A stretch of DNA of 64,000 nucleotides from Selaginella moellendorffii (taxonomy: Eukaryota > Plantae > Lycopodiophyta): NCBI RefSeq assembly GCF_000143415.4, contig NW_003314315.1, positions 1,115,514-1,179,513 of the forward strand. Reading direction: 5' to 3'. Both the position numbers and the translations under genes were made by a program. A model generated the notes under the pieces. It was not told the origin of the DNA. It saw only the letters and a list, made by a program, of their open reading frames with translations, and did not search any database. Positions 37,245 to 49,513 of the stretch are shown in pieces. The stretch's first letter is position 1. Every line of letters begins with the position of its first letter.

Positions 37245-37839
37245 TGTAAGCTCCTGAATTTGGACTTCCCGGGAGGTCACCCAGCCCAGTACTATTCAAA
37301 CCCAAAGACGCTTAACCCCAAATATCCCAAGACCCTTAACCAATTGGAAAAGGGGGTGCACTCTTGTTCATGGGCCCTTTCCCTCTATATTTGAACCCCT
37401 ATGGATCGTCTCTCGAGTTGTTCCCTTTGGTTGCTTACAATCCACCACGCTTCCCTACAAGTTCACGCCCTCGTGAACGGAAGCTGAGAGCCGCAGCTCT
37501 CCTGAGAGCCCCGCTCTCTTGACACCCTACCCCTCGGGTCGAGCCCAGCGAGAGCAAACTGGACCAGCCAGATGTCAATCAACATGTGGTGCGATTCCCT
37601 TAGCCAACCAACAGAGTCGGACCCGAGACCGCTCCGATACCAAATGTAAGCTCCTGAATTTGGACTTCCCGGGAGGTCACCCAGCCCAGTACTATTCAAA
37701 CCCAAAGACGCTTAACCCCAAATATCCCAAGACCCTTAACCAATTGGAAAAGGGGGTGCACTCTTGTTCATGGGCCCTTTCCCTCTATATTTGAACCCCT
37801 ATGGATCGTCTCTCGAGTTGTTCCCTTTGGTTGCTTACA
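37245..37839 (-). mobile_element. Cassandra-type TRIM (element C) with 5S rRNA-derived segment in each LTR
   Basis: 195-bp LTRs 37245-37439 and 37645-37839 appear identical; TSD CGGAT; PBS at 37631-37642; 205-bp non-coding interior. Removing it restores GKSNIMADALSRK of B. Confidence 0.93.
37262..37316 (-). ncRNA. 5S rRNA-derived internal control region in Cassandra LTR (second copy 37662-37716)
   Basis: Minus strand GTTAAGCGTCTTTGGGTTTGAATAGTACTGGGCTGGGTGACCTCCCGGGAAGTCC closely follows plant 5S GTTAAGCGTGCTTGGGCGAGAGTAGTACTAGGATGGGTGACCTCCTGGGAAGTCC (A box, IE, C box). Confidence 0.88.
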
Positions 37840-40800
37840 CGGATGCGCTAAGTCGAAAAGCGAGCTTGAGGTTGGCAATATCCAGCGCAACAGCAACCTT
37901 CTGGGACGATGTGCGGACAGCATATGAGAACGATGGTCTAGCACAAGAAGTGTTGCTGAGGAATCTAGAGGCGCGGGAAGCTCACCAGAGAGGTGAGCTG
38001 CCAACGGAAGAGAAAACGAGCTATGCGGAACGCAACGGACTCATCTATTACAAGCAAACGAGGGTGTATGTTCCAGAAGGGGAACTAAGGAAGGTGGCCT
38101 TAGAAGAGTGTCATGACGGACCTCTTGCGGGACACGGTGGAGTGCCCAAGACAATAGGCTTACTCAAGAGGAAGTACCATTGGCCAGATATAGCTAAGGA
38201 CGTCCAAGACTATGTAAAGACATGTCCAACATGTCAGCAGGTAAAAGCCATGACTAAGGCTAGTGGGGGCTTGTTGCAAAGCATCCCAATTCCAGATCGT
38301 CCGTGGAAATGTCTTACGATGGATTTCATCACGGGACTCCCCCCAAGCGAGGGGTTTGATGCGATATTCGTGGTGGTGGACCGATTTTCGAAAATGGCAC
38401 ATTTCATACCCACCACAACGGAGGTGGATGCGGAAGGTGTGGCGAAGCTATTCTTCGAACAAGTGGTTCGAGTGCAGGGAAGACCGGAAGAGATCATCTC
38501 AGATCGAGATAAGATCGTCACCAGTAGGTTCTGGAGGACTCTCCTAGAACAGTATCGCACCAAGTTGAAATTCAGCACAGCCTATCACCCACAGACATGT
38601 ATGGGGTATTAAGTCAAGTTGTGGGCACTAACACTTCTTGACAGACGGACAAACGGAAAGGGTGAATAGGCAGCTGGAGGATTATTTGTGATGCTATGTC
38701 TCGGGAGACCAGACCGATTGGGTAAGTCATTTGGGACTTGTGGAAATGTGTTACAACAACTCACCACATTTGAGTATCGGGGTGAGTCCATGAGAAGTCA
38801 TCAATGGGCAAGCTATTGAAGGTCCTGTGGAACCCGGCGTGGCCGAGTATCATGGAGAGTTGCCCGAAGTGGAGGCACTCACAGCGGAAAGACTCAGCAT
38901 TTGGAATCTAGTGAGGGATTCCTTGGAACGGGCTCAACAAAGGCAAACCAAATACGTGAACCAGAAGCGTCGGGATGTAAAGTTCCAAGCTAGGGAGAAG
39001 GACTACCAAGTGGGATCAGCCGAAAGTTGACCCAAAGGTAAAGATGCATGTATTCCTATAAATGAATTGATCTTGAGTTCCTTAAGCAGGTTCGCGGGGC
39101 CTTACGAGATTGAGGCACGAATCGGTAAAGTGGCTTACCGACTCCGACTTCCTCGAAAGATGGGGAAGATGCACCCAGTGTTCCACGTGAACTTACTCAA
39201 GCCGTACTTTGAGGATCCGCTTCGCAAGGACCAAGTGAGACCTTTACCTGAGGTTATCCAAGGGGAAGAGGAATACAAAGTCGAGGCCATCCTCAATGCA
39301 CGCAAGAGCAAGCGACAAGGACGCGAGGTGAGAGAGTTCTATGTGAAGTGGAAAGGATTTCCACACTGCGAAGCAACATGGGAACCGGAGGAGAACCTAG
39401 CGAACGCGCGAGATCTAGTGGAGGAATTTCTGCAAGGCAGAACTCTATGTACTTATGCAAAGTTCAATTAAAAATATCAATTTGCAAAGTTGAGCAAGTG
39501 GCATATGTTGGGACCCAAAGGCGCGCTGAAGGTAAGCTAATTAGCATGAATTGGATAGGTCGACCAGGTGTAGGGCACTACGCATGACTCCCCACGGGGA
39601 TGTCGAATCCATAGACGTATTTTACGGAGGTTGGGTTCGAGTCCCAACCCCCTAGTAAAGCAAGGCTGGGTTCAAGTCCCGACCCCATACTAGGGCGTGA
39701 TGAGGTGAGGGGTATAGGGACACCTATATTCCGTTGTCATGGGCTCTTGGCCGGGGAGGCTAACTTAGGCATACCGCTAAGTGGGGGGATGCCCCCGGAG
39801 CCATGGTCAACAAGTCGTAGGATAAAACGAGACATTCGATGTGGGCATCGAACTTCTTCTATGGGTGGTGGAGTTGTGAGGAACCAACTCGCCGAGGTGT
39901 CCTAGGCTAAAGGAACCCCAAAAGCATGACCAAAATGACAAAGAGTTCATCGGATGGGACCAAGTCGAAGATCAAGTCCAAGACCAACTCTAGGACTGAG
40001 TTCAAGATAGAGTCCAGAATCGAGTCCGAGACCGACTTGGGGACCGAGTTCGAGTCCGAGTTCGAGACCGAGTTCAAGACGGAGTCCGAGATCCAAAATC
40101 GGGTCCGAGACCGAGTCCGAGTCGAGTCCGAGGTTGGGTCCGAGATTGGGTCCGAGATCGAGTCCGAGATCAAGTCCGAGACCGAATCCGAAGTCGGATC
40201 TGAAATCGGGTCCGAGATCGAGCCAGAGACTAAGTCCAAATACTAATACAGGTCAAGGGGTGAAAGCCCAAAGCGTGCGTCTCCCACGGGGGGGGGGGGG
40301 GCTGTAGGGGGTTCCAAAAGTATAGTAGGGATAGTGAGGTCCAGGAACCAATCTTGAAGGAACTCTCCAGTGGTGCTTCCAAACTGACTTGAGGTTGAGA
40401 CTGGGGCCGAGGGGCCTTGGGTGGGAGTGAGCATGGGCTTGAGTGGTGCTGTAAGGGCCACCCAGGGAAGTGCTCAAGAGCAGCTCCCACTCCCGAAAGG
40501 GAAACCGACTACGGTGCTCCCGGCTCATGTGGAGTGGTGCCCCACTTGAGTACCTTGTGGCTCATTGGTCCTCGCCCTTCCTAGGGGCTTCGGCCTTCCC
40601 TTCGGGATGGAAGAGGGGGGGGTAGAGGTACCCACACCGGGCCGTTAGGCCACGGTGTTTCGCCCCGACGTCCCGAAGCAAGTGCTGCACCCAAGACTTG
40701 GGATTTAGAGGGTCCCATGATCAAGTCTTGTGGTACCAAGGGGTGTTAGGAATCTAGAGGCTTGGTGTGCTTGGCTGCTTGTGCCTGTTGGGAGTGTAGC

Positions 40801-41279
40801 TGAACCTTAAGTCCAGTCTAACCCGAGGAGGGGGATTGGGAGAGATTTGGGAATCCGTAGATGGATGGCTAACACTCCGTTGCTTGTGCAGTGAGTAGCT
40901 AAAACCAAGTAGGACCAAGTAGGAGCTGGTACCATAGGCGGGAACCTTGGCGAGTGAACTTAGCACAAGCCAAGGCAGAGTTGGTCGGATAGACGAGGTA
41001 AGCTGGCAAAATGGAAAGGAAAAATTTGTTGCTTACAGATTTGTTCTCTAAGGGCAACCTTTTACCCTTTATGACCACTTGTCCACGTGATGAGAATACC
41101 AACTAATCCTCTAAGTACACCCTCAACTCCTTGGGTTGTTTTAGCATTTATTAAAGGTAACATTGGCTACCACTTCAAGGACTCGTGTCCTCATCCATAC
41201 TTGACCTCTCACGGTCATCCATTCTGGGCTCACCTTCATGAGCACCTGCCTCAACTATGTGAAGATAATTTTGTGACTC

Positions 41280-44200
41280 TGAAGCTCGAAAGGAAAACCC
41301 CAAGCCCCAACACTACTAGTCTAGAACCCAAGGATCTTTCCACTTGGAAAGTAGCACACACTGCTTTGCCAAAAGGTAGGATGGTTTGCATTGAATGGAT
41401 GTGAGTATATAAACACAAGGAAGGGTTGCGACCCTTGAGTTGAGGATCAGTGATGTGTCCAAAGGAGGCATCCCTTGGAACCTTGTGTCAACAAAGTAAG
41501 GGATGTGACTTATGGATCACTGAGGTGGCGGAGACTCAGTGACCCTTGGTGGAGATTGATGAAGTGTCGAAGGGGTGCCACCTAAGGATGGTCTAAACCC
41601 AAGGTTTAGCCCTAACCCAAGGATTAGTACTAACCTTAAGCCCAAACTCACCACTTAGGCTCAACCTTAGCCCAAGCTAAGTATTTAGGCCATTTTTGGG
41701 GTGCGACATCACCCCCCCTCCAATAGTGCTACGTCCTGGAGCACTCTCCTCCTCACTCCCTTGAGATGGATAAAATGTCTCCGGCGGGTAGTACTTCCGT
41801 AGGCGAGACCCGTTCACGCGAGTAGAAAGAGAAGTCCCTTCCATATCCTTGAGTTGCACCGAGCCGTTTGGAAACACAGCTTCCACTCGATATGGTCCAA
41901 TCCAGCGAACTCGAAGTTTGCCAGGTCGCTTCCAATACTTACTCTCGTAGAGAAGTACTAGGTCACCCTCGTTGAAGAGCTTGAGACGAAGGAATCGGTC
42001 ATACCATGCCTTCCTTCTTTTCTGGATAGCTTCCCGAGTTTGGAAAGCAAGTTGACGTCGCTCGTCCAACTTATCAAGCTGCTCCAACCTAGCTTGAAGA
42101 GCTCCATCCCAATCCATTGCGTGTTCCACCGCCATCCGCATGGAAGGAATCTCAAGCTCCAATGGCAACACCGCTTCTTGTCCGTAGACCAATTGAAAAG
42201 GTGAAGCATGAGTAGTTACCTTATAGGCAACACGATAAGCCCAAAGAGCGTCGAGCAACCGCTTATCCCAATCGGTTCGGTTGGCATTGGTGATCTTGGC
42301 CATGATCTCACACAGAGTCTTGTTGGTTCTCTCCACCTGCCCGTTGGCTCGAGGATGATAAGGGGTAGATTTCCGGTGGGAAATAGCATACTTCCTCACC
42401 AACTCTTCGATCACCTCATTGAGGAAATGTGTACCCCGATCACTAACCAGCTCCAATGGGCACCCGAACCGTGTGATAATGTTCTCGTATAGGAACTCAG
42501 CCACTCGAGCTCCTGTGTCCTCCTTCAAGGCTTTTGCTTCAGCCCACTTGGTCACGTAATCGGTGCACACCAAGATGTAGCGGCAATAAGTATGCCGAGT
42601 TGTGGGGAGTGGCCCCATAAAATCGATTCCCCACTTCTCAAATGGAAGAACTGGAATAATGGGTGTCAACGGCATCAAGTCCCTCCGGGTAGGTCTTCCA
42701 CTTCTCTGGCATGGATCACAACTTCGCACGTACCTTGCGGTATCTCGGTATATAGTAGGCCACCAATAGCCTGCTTGAAGCACTAACCTTGCTGTAGCTG
42801 CTGCCCCAAAATGCCCAGCATATGGACTATCGTGGCATGAAGCCACAATGGTTTCCACTTCATGTGGAAGAATGCACCGTCGTAAAACGTTATCACGTCC
42901 CACCTTATATAGTTGTCCAGCTATAAGTGTATACGCTCTTGCTTGAAGAACAAGCCTTTTCCTTTCCGGGCCTCTCAAGTTGTCTGGAAAATCTCCCGAA
43001 GAAAGGTAAGTAGCAATGCCAAAGTACCAGTCTGGTATGGCTTCCACTGCAAAGGCCGCAACTCCGAAGAGAGCAGCATCTCCCAGGTCGTCAGGAATAT
43101 CTTCCATAGAGGGTTGGGCTCGAACTCTGGAGAGATGGTCAGCCATCACGTGAGCCTTTCCTGGTCGTAACACCACTTCGAAATCGAACTCTTGAAGGAG
43201 AAGTAACCATCTCGAAATCCTCCCAGTTCGGCAAGGCTTAAGTATCAAATACTTAAGTGCTTGATGATCAACGTAGAAGATGAACTTCTGGCCAAGTAGA
43301 TAATGGCGGAACTTCTGTACCGCAAAGACCATGCCCAGTCCTTCACGGTCTGTCGCAGAATAATTCCTCTCAGCCAACGAGAGTTGACGAGAAGTATAGA
43401 AAACCGGGTGATCCATTCCACCTTCCGGTTGGCATAAAACCGCACCAATAGCATAGGCCGAAGCATCCACGTGAACATGGAATGGTTTATCCCAGTTAGG
43501 AGGAACCAATATCGGAGCTTTCACCAAACACTCCTTCAACTCCTCAAAAGCTTGTTGGCACTTCGAACTCCATCGGAATTCCACTCCCTTCTTCAACAAG
43601 TTGGTCAAAGGCAATGCCTTCTTGGAGAATTTGTTGATGAACCTCCGGTGATATCCGACATGTCCAAGGAAGGCTTGAATGTCCTTCATGTTCACGGGTG
43701 CCTCCAACTCTTGAATCACTCGAATCTTAGCCGGGTCAATGCTCAAACCTCGAGAAGATACTACTCGGCCGAGCAAAATACCATGAGTAACTCCGAAGGT
43801 ACATTTAAGTGGATTTAGGGAGATGCCATACTTGCGACATTGCTCAAAACAAAGTCTAAGCTTATTCAAATGAGTGGATACATCACTGAACACGCTAAAG
43901 TCATCGAGAAAAATCTCGAGAAAGTCGTGGAGCATTTGCCGAAATGCTGCTGTCATCACTCTTTGAAATGTCGCCGGGGCATTGCACAGCCCAAAAGGCA
44001 TCACCCTGTAAATAAAACAACCCCACTCAGTGATGAAAGTGGTTTTCTCCTGGTCACCCGGAAAGATGGTAACCTGGTTGTATCCACTGAACCCGTCGAG
44101 GAAAGAATAAAGGTCATGGCCTGCTACAGTGTCCAGCACATTATCAGTAAAAGGAAGTGGAAAAGCATCCTTCACTGTCGCCTCGTTGAGCTTGCGGTAG

Positions 44201-47200
44201 TCCACACACACTCGGAGCTTCCCGTTCTTCTTTGGCACCACCACAATGGGAGAGACCCACTCGCTCCCCTCCACCTCCTCAATGAAGCCGGCAGCTTGAA
44301 GTTTGTCGATGTCCTCCTTCACTACCTTTGCATAGCGCGGGTTGAGGCGGTAGGCTCGCTGGCGACGAGGAATAGCACCGTCAACCAGGCGAATTCGATG
44401 TTGAGCGATTTCGGAATCCACGCCTTTCAGCTCGTCGTAGCTCCACGCAAGGATGTCGCGGAACTCGAGGAAGAGCTGATGGAAGAGTTCTCTGGCATCT
44501 GGTGAAAGCTGAGCTCCCACCTGCAGTTCCCTCCTCTCAGAATTTCCATTGAACTCAACGAGAAGGGGAACACAGAGTGGGGAAGTGAGGAAATCAGGTT
44601 CAGAAGGAGAGGAGTTCACCTCTATCCCAGCTGGAACCTCTCTGATCTTCAACTCGGCTTCACGACTGTGGAAAAAACGAGCTGGAAAGTTGTCGAGTTC
44701 AGGGTCGTACTCCACCGACTGGAGTCTTGAAACCTCCACAGCGTTGCACTCCACAACGAGAGGCACATCCTCCACCAGGTCCTCAACTTTCTGGAGCAAC
44801 TCCTGACCGAGAAACAGATGTTCCTCGGCTTCCTCCAGCTTGTCCAGTTGCAGCACCAGGAACCGGGTGGTGACCAGAAACTCTCCCACGATCAGAGCAA
44901 CTGTAGGGATGAATCCACGAACCTGGTGGTAAACTCCAGGAAGTATCTCCAACATCAGGCCTGGAAAGCCGAACTCCTGCACATCATACTCCTCGGCCAC
45001 CGCAGCAGTCATGAAGCAGGTCTGCACCTCATGTAAAACCTGAGCTCGGAGGGTCCCCACATCCACCAAGCGAACGTCCACCACTTGAGCCGAAGGCAAT
45101 GTGATCACTTGGAGCATGTAGCAAGGGGGATCAAGCTCTCCTCTTCGAAAAAGGTACAGCCTACCCCGCTGTCCGAATTCATCTGTTGTGACCACAGTCT
45201 CATGCAAGTAGTTCATCTCAGCATTAGTAGTCCTCAGCCAATCTGATCCAAGGACAACAGCAATGTCTCCTGGTCGCTTAATCACCAACAGGTTCACGAT
45301 GAAGCGTTGGTTGCCGAGGAAGAGAAAAACATCCTCCACCTTGCCGTAAATGGGAAAAACGTCCCCATCAGCACATACGGCCACTTGGTCCTGCTCAGTG
45401 ATGGTGATCCGCAGCCGAGCTGCTACAGCAAAGTCAATGGTGATGAAGCTCTGCAGCGCTCCAGGATCCACCAACGTCAAACAATCGAGGCCCTTCACGT
45501 ACCCCATGGTAAACAGTGAAGCATCCAGCGCAGGATCTCCCCGAACGTTAGGAGGAAAAGGAAGTATCTCCGCTTGGATCATAAGGAAAGGAACCTGGGA
45601 AGAAGCTCCCAGCCGCTGAAGAAGATCTTGACTGCTCACCGTTGAGTGGTGATCGGATATGACCAGCTGCAGCTCTTCATCAGCTCCATTCTCAGAAACG
45701 TTCTCCTCAGCCACGAGCTGCTGGAGCTCCACACCGGGCATCTCCTCTTCCGACACCTCCTCTTGAAACACATCCTCCTCAGTGGATTCAGATGTAGTAT
45801 CGGAGTCTCCATCTTCTGGTTCCACAGCTACTGGTTTTTCCCGCTTATATCCCGGCCTGACATGCACTTGGATTGGAATTCGGAAGTTCCCATCCCCGAT
45901 GGTCAGCACCCCCGTTCCCCAGTTATGCTCAGCTGATGCTTGAAGCAGCCAGGGCCGGCCCAGCAACAACGGGTAGTTGAGACCTGCTCCCTCCTTCATT
46001 TTGAGGACCACGAAATCAATGAAGAAGTTTACTCCTGCGATCTAGGTTTTCACACCCGAAACAAGTCCCACGGGCTGAACTCTCCGTTGATCGGCCATCC
46101 GGACAGCAAAATGAACTGGCACAGGCGTGGGAAGCTCAAACCTTCTCCACATTTCCAGCGGCATGATGTTTACACCGCTTCCTCCATCGAGCGTGCAACC
46201 ACGTATGAGTTCCCCCTGAATCTCCACATCCACGCAGGGAGAACTCATATCCGCTATGACAGGCCAGGCAGAGTTCACCACCGCCTCTTTGTGTGCCTGC
46301 ATGGCTGTGGAAATAGCCTTCCTCAAACCCGGTGCCAAAGCTAGAAGCTGAGCAAAACTGATACTCGGCTTCTGATTCTTTAAATCAGCGAGAACGTCGT
46401 ACGGTGGGGGCTGCAAGTTCGGCACACGCTTGTATCTGCGCCCCTTCTTCCTTGATAGCCCGGCCTCGGGATCTCTCACGCCTTCCTCAGCACTTGCCTT
46501 GCCACACTCCATCCTTCGCTCACCAGTCGCTTGCTGCAGATGCCCTGTTTGTGAGCCGATGGCACTCTTTAGCGCCGTTCCACCAAGTGCCGTGGCGCTT
46601 CCTTCCAGGGGCTTGGCGGATGAACCCGCATCTGCTGCCGCCTTTACCTCCGCGCCCCTTCGCTGCTCGGCCACCACATCCCTAATTCCAAAATTAGGGT
46701 TCCTGAGTAATTCTGAATTCTTCGCGTGTGCTGGCGGCGTTGATTCGAATGCACGGTGCAGCACTGGTTTGTTCTCCATTCCCACTTCCTGCTCCTTGAG
46801 GCGCCTCCGGAACCTGCGTACAATCGCCTCTGGATCATCCACGTACTCCCCTGGAGCACAAGATTGAACGCCTCCTGCATTCTGCTGCTGCTGCACTACT
46901 TGTGAGCGTGTGGCCACGTTCAGGCAAGGGCGATCGGCTTCCATCTCCCCAGCTCCAAGGTGAATTCCTCCCGATTGCTCCATACTTTGTTTTCCCCTTA
47001 ATTCATAATTCGATTTTTGAAAATTAGGGCTCCCGCCAATCTGGGCATTCCCTGTGATGGTTGTAACTCGGCTGCTATCCCCTCGTCGAAGCTGGTGCTG
47101 ATTCTTTTGCTGCTGCAGCTGCCTGTATTCCTCCTCTGGTTCAACATCAGTGTAGACATCTGCTGCATATCTTCCCTCAGCTGTTTGTTGTGCGTTGAAC

Positions 47201-49513
47201 ACGCTTGGCTGCAGCATTTGCCTAGTGGGATCAATTGCATAAGCTTGGGCATTTGCTGTGTAGTGCTCATTCCAGCTGATCGGCTGAACGAAAACAGCCT
47301 GAGAGTCAACCACGTTCTTGGCTCTGGTTTTCTGAAGCTTGTGAGGGCAGTTTGCTTGCTCGTGAAGCCCCTGAGTTTGGCAAATGCCACAAATTGGTTG
47401 ATAACCAATTTGCTTTCGCGGATGCGGGCAATTTGGAGAAATATGGCCCACTTCTCCACAGTTGTAGCATGTCACAGGACCTCTCCTTGGTGGTGCTCGA
47501 CCCCTTCCTCCTCCTGTAACCCCCGCAGCATAAACTGGGACCATCTCACCCGTATAAACTGGAGCATAAGTAACCGGTGGAGAGTACGGTTGAGGAAGCA
47601 TGTGGAGTTGTTGCTGCTGAGGCATTCCTCCTGGTGTAGCATGGATGTAAGCTGCTTGAACCTGATTCCCCGGCTTATAGTGGCAATCTTCTGATCTATG
47701 ATTCGCTCGCTTGCAATGCTTGCAACGAGGTATAGCATCTTGCGGGCATTCGTTGGGATAATGCCCGTAACTTCGGCAACGAACACACCAAATGTTGTCC
47801 CTGGTCTTCTGCTGTCGTCCGGGGCTTTGGACTCCCTTAATCCAATTGAGCTGGAGGTCCGACATCTTCTGAGTAAGGGTTTCCACCAAACTTTCTTGTG
47901 CTTTCTTCACTTCGGCTTGTACTTCAGCTTTCACATCCGGAACCGGTGATTGTTGATAAATGCCATAAGGCATTTGCTGCTGCATCATGGGAGAAGGAAC
48001 TTGACCAGGTACCGTTGAGTATGCCATCTTTGTATAGTCCATAGTTCCCATTCCCGCAGGTGCAACTCCTCCGTGGAGTCCACTTGTTGAATACATGGCT
48101 GGATTCGTCGTAGCCATGTTGGCCATAGGATTGGCCGATGAACTCCCCGAGCTCATCATTTGACGATTCACTCCAAGATGGGCTTGTTCCCAATTCCCAG
48201 CAAAAGCTATTGCGGTATTCAAGTCCGCTGGGCTTTGGCACTTCACGTGAATCTTCAAAGGGAGGGGAAGACCTCCCACAAAGTATCTCACTTGCTCTTC
48301 TGCCGTAGGTTGTGGAGTTCTCTTGAGCAAGAGACCTTTGAATCGCAAGGTATAACTTTGTAAGCTCTCTCCGGGCAACATTTGGAAATCATAGAGGCTA
48401 TCCATGATCCATTGATTGAATCCAACAGGTCGAAACGCTGTTAGGAACGCTGCTCGCAACACTACCCAATCAGCTCCTGCCGGAATAGTGGTCATCCACT
48501 CCGCCGCCACTCCAAGAAGGGTAGCAGGAAATAGCTTCCTCCTTTCCACGGCTCCAGCTTCATCATTTGCTGTAGTGGTGTTCTCAAATGCCATTACGTG
48601 AGCGTCTGGATCTCCAACTCCCGTGAAGGTAGAGTATTTCATCTTTGTTGTCGCGGTTGCCATTGCTTGTGGTGGTTGTTGTTGTTGTTGCTGACCTTGT
48701 CCTTGTGCTTGTGGTGGTGATGGTGGTGGTGTAGGAGGTGATATCACAACCTCCTCTTGCTCTTCTTCTTCTTCTTCTTGTTCTTCTCTAGATGATCCAA
48801 CCGGAGATGTCTCTCGGCTTGGTCTTGGGCTTGTCTCCGGAGTGGGTGTAGGGCCTTGTCTCCTACGATACCTCTCCTCCCGGAATAACCTTTGTGCTTC
48901 TCTTCTCTCGGCTTCTTGTTGTCTCTCCTCAAGCAATTTCTGGTACTCGTACTGCGAACGGCGCATACACACCCCTCCTTCAGTGAAGTCGCCGAGCTGT
49001 CTTCGGCTACCGAGCTGTCTTCGGATTCTTCACTCCATCGGCAGAGCAGCAATGTGCATACTTTCCCGGGCAGTGCACCAGAAATGAAGCTCGAAAGGAA
49101 AACCCCAAGCCCCAACACTACTAGTCTAGAACCCAAGGATCTTTCCACTTGGAAAGTAGCACACACTGCTTTGCCAAAAGGTAGGATGGTTTGCATTGAA
49201 TGGATGTGAGTATATAAACACAAGGAAGGGTTGCGACCCTTGAGTTGAGGATCAGTGATGTGTCCAAAGGAGGCATCCCTTGGAACCTTGTGTCAACAAA
49301 GTAAGGGATGTGACTTATGGATCACTGAGGTGGCGGAGACTCAGTGACCCTTGGTGGAGATTGATGAAGTGTCGAAGGGGTGCCACCTAAGGATGGTCTA
49401 AACCCAAGGTTTAGCCCTAACCCAAGGATTAGTACTAACCTTAAGCCCAAACTCACCACTTAGGCTCAACCTTAGCCCAAGCTAAGTATTTAGGCCATTT
49501 TTGGGGTGCGACA
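41280..49513 (-). mobile_element. LTR retrotransposon D, young non-chromovirus Ty3/gypsy (possibly Selgy/Phygy-like)
   Basis: 429-bp LTRs 41280-41708 and 49085-49513 appear identical; TSD GACTC; PBS TGGTGCACTGCCCGGGAA; PPT GGAGGGGGGGTGA; no chromodomain. Confidence 0.93.
41677..48972 (-). CDS. gag-pol of D: one reading frame broken by a single TAG at 46042-46044
   Basis: The 976-aa and 1444-aa ORFs share a frame. Gag with several CCHC knuckles, protease-like domains, RT (FLDD), RNase H (VDAS), integrase (WGIDFMGP, SDRG, NGQVE), GPY motif. Confidence 0.9.

Larger units (their letters stand above)
34136..39471 (+). pseudogene. gag-PR-RT-RNaseH-INT-chromodomain polyprotein of B, with frameshifts, stops and a Cassandra insertion
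   Basis: CCHC knuckle CYNCGEVGHFSREC, LIDTG protease, YIDD RT, TDASD RNase H, HHCC and MDFITGLP integrase, GPY/F motif, chromodomain YKVEAIL..YVKWKGFP..TWEPEENL. Confidence 0.92.
32902..41037 (+). mobile_element. LTR retrotransposon B, Ty3/gypsy chromovirus, disabled
   Basis: LTRs 32902-34076 and 39875-41037, perfect TSD GATTT, PBS TGGTATCGGAGC, PPT ATGGGTGGTGGAG. Confidence 0.95.

Noticed and set aside
37245-37839. Genuine 5S rDNA units
   Set aside because: Only ~55 nt match 5S, and it lies within LTRs bounded by PBS, PPT and TSD.
39625-39700. tRNA gene or SINE in the 3' UTR of B
   Set aside because: Only T-arm-like hairpins are present, with no cloverleaf, clear A box, tail or TSD. Kept as a motif finding.
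41592-41680. Telomere-like CTAA(A)CCC motifs in the LTR of D
   Set aside because: Too degenerate and too few to call telomeric repeats.
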